NCBI GenBank assembly: GCA_964389675.1
Contig: CAYMEV010000004.1
Location: forward strand, 62,001-126,000
From: an uncultured Candidatus Sumerlaeota bacterium
Lineage (GTDB): Bacteria > CAYMEV01
Reading direction: 5' to 3'
Length of the DNA: 64,000 nt
The notes under the pieces were generated by a model that searched no databases, was not told where the DNA came from, and saw nothing but the letters and a program-made list of their open reading frames with translations. Every line of letters starts with the position of its first letter. Position 1 is the first letter of the stretch. Made by a program: the position numbers and the translations under genes. Positions 8,608 to 17,616 of this stretch are shown here, in pieces.

Positions 8608-11600
8608 TGAATAAAATGCATCATCTGAAGGAAAATTATACCATTAATAAAAGATATGTGATCCGGCGCTGTTTAGGGAAAGGCTCCCACGCCATTGTAT
8701 ATCTTGCTTCTGATAAATACATATCCAATCAGGATATTGCAGTTAAGATGATGCTGAAAAGGTTCATGAACAGAAAGGGTTCTGTAGAGAGATTTAAGAA
8801 TGAATTTGACATTATGACAAGGCTTAAGCACCCCAACCTGACTGATGTTTACAGCTTTGGGCGGGATGAGAAACTTGACCGGTACTATATGACCATGGAA
8901 TATATCAACGGTATTACCCTGAGGAAGATTATAGATGAAAAAAGGCTTGAAAGCCTGAAGGACAAAATTGACATATTCGTGGAGATTCTTAGAGGGACTG
9001 AATTTATCCACAGCAGGAATATAATATACAGGGACCTGAAGCCTTCAAATATAATCATATCAGGAAAAAAGGTAAAACTTATGGATTTTGGCCTTTCTGA
9101 CATAAACCGTATTGATAAGAGCAATGTAAAGGGCTCAATAATGTATTTTGCCCCGGAAATATTTCTGCAGAAGGGTGACCATAGAATAGACATTTTTGCC
9201 CTGGGCATAATTTTTATCGAGCTTTTGACAGGTGAATCGCTTTACAGGGATAATTCTGTTTCAACAATGATATCTCTGTTTATTGACGAAGAAACCTTTG
9301 TGGAAAACCAGAAAAGAGTCATAGATTCCTATATCCCTTGCAGTTTAAGAAAGATACTGCATAAAATGACAGCATTCAGCAGCAGGAAAAGATACATATC
9401 CTGCATGGATATTATAGAGGATATCAATTCATCGCTTGGGATGTCATACCCTCTTGAGACAGACAATACCAGGGAAGCATATGTATCAGGGGTCAGGTTT
9501 ACCGACAGGAAAAAGGAGCTTAAAAAAATAAAGGAGATCATAATATCCGATGATCATCCGCCAATGTTCGTTCTGGTATCAGGCAATATGGGCATAGGCA
9601 AAAGCACTCTGTTTCTGGAGATAAAAAAATTCTGCCAGTTGAATGATATGCTCTTTTTCCGGTCAGACTGTACCAGAGAAGCATCAGGCCCGCTATATGC
9701 AATCAACCAGATAATGCAGCAGCTGGACTACTACAGCAGCAAACCCTTTTCAGCCATACGGAAAGAACAGTATCCCGGGCTTGTAAGGGCTGATTTCGGC
9801 CATACTTTAAGGCATGATGAAATGTCCCATTATCTGCAGCATATAATCAATCATATAATATCCTTCATATCTCATTCGAAACAAAAAGCGGTCTTTTATA
9901 TAAATGATATCTCACTTATTGACAATGCAAGCCTCGATATAATTTCGAGAATAATGCTGATCCTTTCAGACAGGCCCGCATTAGGCAAAAAGATCAGAAT
10001 ATCCGCCAGCATCAGGGATGACATGGCTGACAGCTTTATTAAAAGAGCGGATTGCTGCAGGCTTTCTGATTTCATTACAATAACCAGGTTGAGGCCATTT
10101 GGCAAAATGCATGTAAAAGAGTATATAGAAAATGTTTTTGGACAGTATCATCTTGATAAATCCATTAAAATGAATATCCCTCATATAACCAGGAGAGTAG
10201 GCGGCAATCCCTCCTTTCTTCATGAATTTATCAGCTATGGATTAAAAAGAGGAATGATAGCGAGAAGAGGAAGCCACTGGGAGTTTAATGCCGATATTAA
10301 CGCACTTGAGGTTCCTGAGACCATAAATGAGATACTGGACAGCAAGATCCTTTTCTATATGGATAATCCTGCTTCAAGAAGACTGCTGCTTGTATTTTCG
10401 CTTTTAAGGATTCCCCTCAGCATAAACCACCTGTATTCATTTTTTCATGACATGGACAGGCAGTATCTGAGTGATATTGTAATAAAGCTTGAAAGAGCTG
10501 GAATAATTATACAGGGAAGCATAAACAGGCCATACTGCATGATAGCCAATGATATTATCAGGGAAAAGATACTAAAAAATACCGCCATTAATAAAAGCAT
10601 TCATGAGTTTATTGCCCAAAGGCTTGAACATGCCTTCCAGTCTGATACTGATGAAATTGCCCAGGAGCTTGCCTACCATTACAGATTTACTGACAATAAG
10701 AAAAAGGAAATATATTATATCCAGCGATACTGCTTAAGCATGGTTCTGAAATACTATGATTTTGACAGGCTGATATCATACTACAGCAGGGCAATCTCAC
10801 TATCATTAAAAATCTATGGCAAAAACAGCCGTGCAACTGCAGAGCTTTATGAAAGCATTGCGGATATTTACAGGAAAAACAGTGACTATACCAGGGCATG
10901 CGATTTTTATAAGCTTGCATTGTCAGTATCTGAAAAGCTGGATGAGACACCAGGGACATTATCTTCAAATATCCTGAAAAAGCTGGGTTCCGTATATTAT
11001 AGAAACCATGATTTGGACAAAGCCATGGAGCTTTATGAAAAGAGCCTTAAAATTCAGCAGGGATCAATAAAAGACGAAGATATTAACTCTGCTGATTTAT
11101 ACGTCAAAATAGCTGAAATATGTATATCAAAGGACAGTTTTGAAAATGCGCTCATATATCTTAATAAAGCCTATGCAATCTTCAATGAAAAATGCGGGGA
11201 TGATATTTTCCAGATCATTGATATTCTCGAAGCATTTGCATTCTATTATTTCCAGAAGGGTGAAAATAAAAGGTCTTCGGAATTTATATATAAGATAATT
11301 GAAATTAAAGAGCAGTTTGAAAAACCCACATCAATAGGCTTTGCTGTTGAATTCATGCGTTTGGGAATTATATACACCAGGCTTGGTTTATTCAAAGAAG
11401 CCCTGAAATACCTGAAGAAATCATCGAGGATCCAGAGATCCTATTACAAGGTGGAGCATCCTGATATTGCATCAGTTTACAGTTCCATAGGCGTTGTTTA
11501 CCTGAAGCTGAGCAATTACAGGAATGCAATGAAATATATGAAGAAAGCCCTCAGGATTTATGAGTGTTTTTATGGTGAGAACAGCACCTGGACAGCAGAT

Positions 11601-12206
11601 GCAAAGATAAACCTGTGCAATATTTACAGCGATCAGGGCAGATATATCCCTGCTCTCAGGCTTGCACTCAAAGCACTCTCAATATATGCCAGTATTTATG
11701 GCCCGAACAGTACACAAAGTGCACTTGCATATAATAATATAGGGATACAATACAATAAAAGCAATAATCCTGAAAAAGCCATCTATTACCTGAAGAGAGC
11801 ATTAAGGATAAACAAGTCGGTTTATACTGACAGCAATCCCGTCCTCGGCATTAACTACATTAACATTGGTGTATCATACCACCAGATGAAAAAGTATAAT
11901 ACTGCAGTACAGTATTATAAAAAAGCGCATGAAAATTTTCTGAAAACTCTTGGCCCCGGTCATCCTAACTGTTCCCATACACTGTACAATATAGGGCTTT
12001 GCTGTCAGTTCCAGAAAAAATTAAAGAAAGCCCTTTCCTATTTTGAAAAGGCCCTGGAAATATCCGTTCCTTCCCTTGGAACTGACAATCCTTATTCAAG
12101 AAGCCAATACCAGAGCATCATAGAGATTCTCAGGGAAAAAGGGGATGATGAAGGGATAAGCAGGTACCGGAAGCTTTTCTCCAGCTGGAAAGAGAAGAAT
12201 GGCTGA
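8604..12206 (+). CDS. Ser/Thr kinase - P-loop ATPase (STAND-like) - TPR protein
   Basis: Kinase motifs LGKGSHAIVY, IAVK, YRDLKPSN, DFG and APE. Walker A SGNMGIGKST, VFYIND and GGNP motifs. About 10 long, kinesin-light-chain-type TPR repeats at the C-terminus. Confidence 0.9.
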   Translation: MMNKMHHLKENYTINKRYVIRRCLGKGSHAIVYLASDKYISNQDIAVKMMLKRFMNRKGSVERFKNEFDIMTRLKHPNLTDVYSFGRDEKLDRYYMTMEYINGITLRKIIDEKRLESLKDKIDIFVEILRGTEFIHSRNIIYRDLKPSNIIISGKKVKLMDFGLSDINRIDKSNVKGSIMYFAPEIFLQKGDHRIDIFALGIIFIELLTGESLYRDNSVSTMISLFIDEETFVENQKRVIDSYIPCSLRKILHKMTAFSSRKRYISCMDIIEDINSSLGMSYPLETDNTREAYVSGVRFTDRKKELKKIKEIIISDDHPPMFVLVSGNMGIGKSTLFLEIKKFCQLNDMLFFRSDCTREASGPLYAINQIMQQLDYYSSKPFSAIRKEQYPGLVRADFGHTLRHDEMSHYLQHIINHIISFISHSKQKAVFYINDISLIDNASLDIISRIMLILSDRPALGKKIRISASIRDDMADSFIKRADCCRLSDFITITRLRPFGKMHVKEYIENVFGQYHLDKSIKMNIPHITRRVGGNPSFLHEFISYGLKRGMIARRGSHWEFNADINALEVPETINEILDSKILFYMDNPASRRLLLVFSLLRIPLSINHLYSFFHDMDRQYLSDIVIKLERAGIIIQGSINRPYCMIANDIIREKILKNTAINKSIHEFIAQRLEHAFQSDTDEIAQELAYHYRFTDNKKKEIYYIQRYCLSMVLKYYDFDRLISYYSRAISLSLKIYGKNSRATAELYESIADIYRKNSDYTRACDFYKLALSVSEKLDETPGTLSSNILKKLGSVYYRNHDLDKAMELYEKSLKIQQGSIKDEDINSADLYVKIAEICISKDSFENALIYLNKAYAIFNEKCGDDIFQIIDILEAFAFYYFQKGENKRSSEFIYKIIEIKEQFEKPTSIGFAVEFMRLGIIYTRLGLFKEALKYLKKSSRIQRSYYKVEHPDIASVYSSIGVVYLKLSNYRNAMKYMKKALRIYECFYGENSTWTADAKINLCNIYSDQGRYIPALRLALKALSIYASIYGPNSTQSALAYNNIGIQYNKSNNPEKAIYYLKRALRINKSVYTDSNPVLGINYINIGVSYHQMKKYNTAVQYYKKAHENFLKTLGPGHPNCSHTLYNIGLCCQFQKKLKKALSYFEKALEISVPSLGTDNPYSRSQYQSIIEILREKGDDEGISRYRKLFSSWKEKNG

Positions 12207-12408
12207 GATGGCACATATCCCTGTAATAAGTTGACGGCACTGCATTGCATAGACCTGTAATATACAGCATCAGGGCTTAATAATACCGTTTTTTCTCCTG
12301 TACTGATTTCGGATACCATATTTCAATAATGCCGAGCTCTCCTGGCCTGATAATAAGGTTTGCAGAAGGAGGCTTTCTGCTGTCATGCCAATATGAGCAG
12401 GAGGAGAA

Positions 12409-15300
12409 TCAGCTGACAATAATGGGTGTTATATCAGAAACATCAATGGAATATGTTCCGTAATGCTCCCTTACTATTCCCTTTATAACAAACAGGTCTG
12501 TACTAAAGAGATACTCCTTGAATTCCGCATAGCCGGGAGGGAAAAGGATTGTATCATAGATTCCTTTCTCATCCTCGAATGAAAAAAAGGCCATGGCCCT
12601 GTCATGCCTGGTGGAAGTAAGCTTTGCAGTAACATAATAACCGAGAAGGGATATCTCCCTGTTAACATGCTCAGGTATCCTGTCAGAAAACTCGTATGAA
12701 TCTTTTAGCAGGCCTCTTACAAATCCTGCAGGGTTCCTGGACAGGGAAAATCCATAATGCTTCTGCTCCAGGAACAGTATCTTCCTATCGCTGATCTTAT
12801 GCTTTCCTTCTGCTGCTTCACAGGGTTGTCTGCTCTTCATTCTCAGATACTGCATAAGCAGCCCAAGAACATTCTGAAAATCCTCAAATTCATTGAAAGT
12901 CCCTGCAAATATAAGCATAAGGATCTGTGAATGATCAAGAAGGGCATGCATCCTGATATAAAAATCACGGAAATTTTCAAATAAGGAAGAATTATTTGCC
13001 TCAAGAATTTTCTCAATGGTCATTTTCTCAATCCCTTTAATAAAGCTCCACCCGAGCATGATATTATTGTCATTCATTGCTGTGGCCTGTTTTCTGGTAT
13101 AATTGACCGAAGGCTTCAGAACATTAATGCCCAGCCTTTTTGCCTGGTTGATATAGGTATCCGTCCTATAATATCCCCCCCTGTTCTCAATAACTGATGC
13201 ATAGAAAAAAGCGGGATAATAGGTTTTGAAAAATCCGCTTTTAAATGATACCATGACATAGGATGCACTGTGAGGTTTGTTGAAAGAATATCCTGAGAAA
13301 CTGTCTATCATGGACCAGACCTTATCAAGTATACCCCTCTCTATTTTCTTTTCCAGGCCTCTTTCAAGGAAGATCCCCGCCCAGTACTCCTTTTTCCCTG
13401 CCTTTGACGAGAGAGATTTTCTTAGAAGAGCTGAATCCCTGACCGAAAAATCGAGCAGTTTTATGCAGACCTTTTCAATGTCCTCCTGATAAACCATTAT
13501 CTCGCAGGTTTCGCTTAGAACTTCCTTCAATGCCGGGTGCACAGACTGATATGGCGCTCCCATCCTTCTTTCAATATAATCATTAATATACCTGTTGGCA
13601 GCAGGCCTTATTATCGAAGAATGTATCGTAATATCCTCAAATTCTCCGCTTTTCACCTTTTTCTGCAATGCCCTTATTGCAGGGCTTTCCAGATAAAATA
13701 CGCCTATTGTGTCACCCTGAGCAAAGGATTTTTTTATATTTTCATCCTCCGTCACATCCAGGGTCTTATACTCATAATCAATACCTTTGACATCCCTTAG
13801 ATTGGATATGGTATCCCTTATAACAGCAAGCGTTCTGTTGCCAAGAATATCAATCTTTACAAGCCCTCCCATCTCAGCCTGGTCTTTTTCCCACTGTATT
13901 ATGGGCATTCCCTTTTTTGCCATCTCTACAGGCACATAGTCAAAGATCCTGGGAGGTGTAATTATTATCCCCCCGCAATGAACAGATAGGTGCCTCGGTA
14001 TCCCCCTTATCCTTTCTGCATATTTCAGTATATTATTCCATCTAATGTCGCTGAAATCCTTTCTTATCTCCTCCCTGCTGCTCAAATAGGTAATTTTCCT
14101 GGTCTTCTGTGTTATTATATCCCCGGGCATACCGAATACTTTTGCTGTCTCCCGCACTGCCATCCTGTCTTTGAATGAAATGACATTAGAAACCAGCGCA
14201 CAGTTTTTTTCAGAATACCTGCTGAATATATATTCAAGAACATCATCCCGCTCATCCCAGGGAAAATCAATGTCTATATCAGGCGGATCCTCTCTTGCTT
14301 CGTTAAGAAACCTCTCAAAATACAGATTATGCTTAACAGGGTCAATGTCTGTAATAAAGAGCAGGTATGCGACAATGCTGGCCGCTGCCGAACCCCTTCC
14401 ACAGTAATAGTCCCTGTTTTTCACAATATCATGCACTGTCAGAAAATAATCACAGAACCCCTTCGATATTATCAGGGAAAGCTCCTTTTCAATCCTGCTG
14501 TAGACAGCAACTCCAGGATTCCTGTACCTTCTGCTAATGTTAGAATATACCAGGGCCTTGAGCTTTTCGGCCGAACCACTGCTGCTGATAAAAACCATCC
14601 CCTGATGATACAAAAAATCTATATCCCTGGTTATAATCCCGGGGTCAGATACAGGCCAGCCCATGTCAAGCATCCCTGCAAAACTGGTATATCTGGAGAA
14701 TGATACTGAATCCTCGTCAAGCTCTGCCTTATATATGGAGGTATTATCCTTTATAGCCCTTAAAAGCTTTAATGTCTCCATATCTGGATCATTAAGACAG
14801 CATATATCGCCTGCTATAAAAACCGGGAGCCCAATGTCCTGCAGGTTTGCAAGCCTGCTGCGCCAGTCCTTTTTAACAAAAAGAAGCGGGTAGGTTTCAC
14901 AGCTGTCATTTGCAGTTAATACTCCTAATATATCCTTCTGGCCTGAGAAAAAAACAAGCCCTCCCGGCAATGACAAAATGATGTCAGCGAGTTTTTCATG
15001 CTCGCCCTTATGTATAATGGATATTATATTGCACAGGTTCCTGTATCCTTCAGAATTTCTGACAACAGCATATACTTTATCGCCTCTATACTTAAGGCAG
15101 CATGCCGTTACAGGCCTTAATCCATTATCAAGGCACATCTGCTGAAAGAACAGCATACCGTAGAGTCCGTTAATATCAGCAAGGATTACATCCCTTATAT
15201 TTAATCTCTTCGCTGTTCTGACAATATCCTCCAGGGATAGGCAGCTCTCCATGAAAGAGTAGTAAGAGCGAAAGAACAAAGGAACTGGACTGCCATTCAT
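12409..15300 (-). CDS. dnaE2: DNA polymerase III alpha-like error-prone polymerase (DnaE2/ImuC-like)
   Basis: GRGSAAAS, FERFLN, PPDIDIDF, HLSVHCGG, KIDILG and FNKPHSASY motifs. Degenerate PHP domain and C-terminal OB fold. Short (963 aa). Overlaps the lexA stop (ATGA). Confidence 0.85.
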   Translation of the reverse strand: MNGSPVPLFFRSYYSFMESCLSLEDIVRTAKRLNIRDVILADINGLYGMLFFQQMCLDNGLRPVTACCLKYRGDKVYAVVRNSEGYRNLCNIISIIHKGEHEKLADIILSLPGGLVFFSGQKDILGVLTANDSCETYPLLFVKKDWRSRLANLQDIGLPVFIAGDICCLNDPDMETLKLLRAIKDNTSIYKAELDEDSVSFSRYTSFAGMLDMGWPVSDPGIITRDIDFLYHQGMVFISSSGSAEKLKALVYSNISRRYRNPGVAVYSRIEKELSLIISKGFCDYFLTVHDIVKNRDYYCGRGSAAASIVAYLLFITDIDPVKHNLYFERFLNEAREDPPDIDIDFPWDERDDVLEYIFSRYSEKNCALVSNVISFKDRMAVRETAKVFGMPGDIITQKTRKITYLSSREEIRKDFSDIRWNNILKYAERIRGIPRHLSVHCGGIIITPPRIFDYVPVEMAKKGMPIIQWEKDQAEMGGLVKIDILGNRTLAVIRDTISNLRDVKGIDYEYKTLDVTEDENIKKSFAQGDTIGVFYLESPAIRALQKKVKSGEFEDITIHSSIIRPAANRYINDYIERRMGAPYQSVHPALKEVLSETCEIMVYQEDIEKVCIKLLDFSVRDSALLRKSLSSKAGKKEYWAGIFLERGLEKKIERGILDKVWSMIDSFSGYSFNKPHSASYVMVSFKSGFFKTYYPAFFYASVIENRGGYYRTDTYINQAKRLGINVLKPSVNYTRKQATAMNDNNIMLGWSFIKGIEKMTIEKILEANNSSLFENFRDFYIRMHALLDHSQILMLIFAGTFNEFEDFQNVLGLLMQYLRMKSRQPCEAAEGKHKISDRKILFLEQKHYGFSLSRNPAGFVRGLLKDSYEFSDRIPEHVNREISLLGYYVTAKLTSTRHDRAMAFFSFEDEKGIYDTILFPPGYAEFKEYLFSTDLFVIKGIVREHYGTYSIDVSDITPIIVS

Positions 15301-15899
15301 TTATACTCCCTGATAAGCCCTACAACAATCCCCTGTACAATAATCTCCTCTTCATTCACGAATATGGACTTCATCCTGGGATTTGCAGGCCTGAGCTCTA
15401 TCTCCCCCTTCTTTCTATAAAACCTTTTAACAGTGGCCTCCCCGTTGACAAGAGCAATGACAGTCTGTCCCTGTTCTGCGCCAATGGCTCTTTTGATGAT
15501 AATTATATCCCCGTCCCGTATGCCGTCATCTATCATACTGCTTCCGCTGACCCTGAGCGCATAGATATCATCTGATCTATTGATCAGGGTATCCAGCGAG
15601 TATTCTTCCTTGTCCTCAAATACTCTTATAGGTGTTCCTGCGGAAACTGTACCAAGAATATCAACAGTCCTGAAGTTCTCGGGGATCTCTGCAGGGATAA
15701 GCCCTATAGCCCTCACCCTGTTATAATCCTTGCTTATATGCCCCTTTTCCATCAGGGATTTCAGGAATTTCTGGACAGTACCCAGGGATGTCCAGCCAAA
15801 GTGGTCCGCTATCTCTCTCTGTGTGGGAGAATAGCCTTTAGACTCCCTGTAGGCCCTGATAAAATCATAAACCTCTTTTTGTCTCCTTGTTAAATACAT
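15297..15899 (-). CDS. lexA: LexA repressor
   Basis: wHTH (LTRRQKE...SPTQREIA), Ala-Gly cleavage site VSAG, catalytic Ser (GSSM) and Lys (ATVKR). Start set at ATG 15899 from promoter geometry. Confidence 0.95.
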   Translation of the reverse strand: MYLTRRQKEVYDFIRAYRESKGYSPTQREIADHFGWTSLGTVQKFLKSLMEKGHISKDYNRVRAIGLIPAEIPENFRTVDILGTVSAGTPIRVFEDKEEYSLDTLINRSDDIYALRVSGSSMIDDGIRDGDIIIIKRAIGAEQGQTVIALVNGEATVKRFYRKKGEIELRPANPRMKSIFVNEEEIIVQGIVVGLIREYK

Positions 15900-15905
15900 A
15901 ATTAT

Positions 15906-15934
15906 ATTATAGGCGTACATACTTCGTATGTCAA
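15906..15934 (-). promoter_or_regulatory. Consensus sigma70 promoter of lexA (probably leaderless)
   Basis: TTGACA (15934-15929), exactly 17 nt, TATAAT (15911-15906), 6 nt, then ATG. No Shine-Dalgarno. Confidence 0.85.
15917..15931. promoter_or_regulatory. Candidate LexA operator (SOS box)
   Basis: Perfect inverted repeat ACATAC-N3-GTATGT overlapping the -35 element and spacer of the lexA promoter. Confidence 0.6.
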
Positions 15935-15986
15935 CATTTTTTTTATTCAGCAGGTGGTATCGGGTTTTTATTTTTTACCGGCCAGC

Positions 15987-16580
15987 TCAGGCAGGTCCTT
16001 TATGGAGTACAATCTCATTTTCAGTCAATCCCCTTTTAAGGTATTCATCAAGGGTGATCCTGTATAATACATGCCTGCACAGCTTATTTGCCTTATCAAT
16101 ATTCGGGTGGAGGAAATCTGTGAGCTTCTTCATTCCAGTTTTTTGCATTATCCTCTCGGATGCCAGGTTGGCATGCGAGGTAAATGAATATACATCCAGG
16201 AATCCTAAAGATCCAAAGCCAAATTTCAGGCATCCCTCCGCCCCCTCAGTTGCAAAACCATTACCCCAGTAATCTCTGTGAAGCCTCCAGCCTATCTCAA
16301 TGCATGGTGTAAAAAAGGACTTAAAGCAGGCATAATTAAAGCCTATATACCCGATAAACTCCCCCAGGCTCCTTATCTCCACAGCCCAAAGCCCCCAGCC
16401 CTTTTCCTCTATATGATCCTCAATCCTTCTGGCAAATGCATCGCTTTCATGCCTGTCAAGAATTGCGGGCAGGTATCTCATAACCTCCGGGTCCCTGTTC
16501 ATTTCAGCAAAAACCATACTGTCCCTGACCTTCCATTTCCTCATTGCCAACCTGTCTGTTTCAAATACAAAATCACCCAT
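15987..16580 (-). CDS. GNAT acetyltransferase, RimJ/RimL family
   Basis: ETDRL, IEIGWRL, YWGNGFATE and NLASERIMQKTGM motifs. Start moved to ATG 16580. Confidence 0.88.
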   Translation of the reverse strand: MGDFVFETDRLAMRKWKVRDSMVFAEMNRDPEVMRYLPAILDRHESDAFARRIEDHIEEKGWGLWAVEIRSLGEFIGYIGFNYACFKSFFTPCIEIGWRLHRDYWGNGFATEGAEGCLKFGFGSLGFLDVYSFTSHANLASERIMQKTGMKKLTDFLHPNIDKANKLCRHVLYRITLDEYLKRGLTENEIVLHKGPA

Positions 16581-16593
16581 ATCATGAAACCCC

Positions 16594-17616
16594 TTAGAAA
16601 GATCCCTTATCATCATATATCCTGATTGTTGCATGCATGCTTTCAGGTATGACCCTTCTCATTGATTCTGCGCGCATGGACTTGATCACCTCACTGCTGA
16701 TCTCCCCGTAAACCAGGATTTTTATAATGGAATCATGGGGCAGCTGTTTTACTTCAGCCTCTATCATTTCTATAAAACTGCCTCCGCTTAATTCTGATGC
16801 ATCAATATACAGCTTAAACATCGGGCTTGACTCAAGCGGGTGGAAACTCCATGCCGGCTTTCTGCCAGGCTCCAGTTCAACAGTCATATATCCCTTTGTC
16901 TCATTTTTTTCTGCAAAAGAGGTACGCTCTATTGCCCCGGGATAAAGTACGGGGGTTTTTATCCCGTTTCCCTTCAGGTTTCTTGTCAGCACCTGGTGCC
17001 TGTGTATATGCCCTGCAAGTACCAATGAAAATTCCTGGGGTATCTCATTTATGTCAATAACATCTTCAGCATACCTGAATGTATAATCCGATGGCCCTAC
17101 TGTAGCCCCGTCTACACTCTGGTGCAGGCAAAGAAGCCTTATATCCGCAGGTTTATCTTTCCACCCTGTTTTTTCAAGAATCCATCTGAATTTCATTCTT
17201 ATATCATTCCTTATAAACGGGAATCCTGCAAGGGCCAGTGTAATCCCATTTATGCGGAGAATGTAATTTCTGGGCTCTGAAAATATGAATATATTTCCAT
17301 GAGAAACAAGATCTCCATGGGGAATGTGAGCCCGTTCATGATTCCCGGGCACTATAAATACAGGGATACCTGTATCTGCAATCCTTCTAAGAGGGCTGAA
17401 GACCATCTCGGTAAGTTTTGAGGGGATCCTGCTCCTGTAGAATATATCCCCTCCATGCACTATAAGGTCTATGCCCTTATTGCATGCATCCCTGAGGGCA
17501 TTTTCATAGTTGCGGAAAAAATCTGTTCCCCGCCTTCTGCGTATGATCCTCGGCCTGAAGGGATAATCAAACCCCAGATGTGTATCAGCAAGAAACAGTA
17601 TGCGTATCAAACCCAT
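16594..17616 (-). CDS. SbcD/Mre11-like metallophosphoesterase nuclease
   Basis: ADTHLG, HGGD, PGNHE, LHQ, AGHIH and YPGAIERTSFAE motifs. Confidence 0.88.
   Translation of the reverse strand: MGLIRILFLADTHLGFDYPFRPRIIRRRRGTDFFRNYENALRDACNKGIDLIVHGGDIFYRSRIPSKLTEMVFSPLRRIADTGIPVFIVPGNHERAHIPHGDLVSHGNIFIFSEPRNYILRINGITLALAGFPFIRNDIRMKFRWILEKTGWKDKPADIRLLCLHQSVDGATVGPSDYTFRYAEDVIDINEIPQEFSLVLAGHIHRHQVLTRNLKGNGIKTPVLYPGAIERTSFAEKNETKGYMTVELEPGRKPAWSFHPLESSPMFKLYIDASELSGGSFIEMIEAEVKQLPHDSIIKILVYGEISSEVIKSMRAESMRRVIPESMHATIRIYDDKGSF

Noticed and set aside
12207..12408. Possible imuB/dinB remnant downstream of dnaE2
   Set aside because: Short minus-strand frames (e.g. MTAESLLLQTLL..., 38 aa) show no Y-family motif. 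Only a weak hairpin at 12362-12380 without a U tract.
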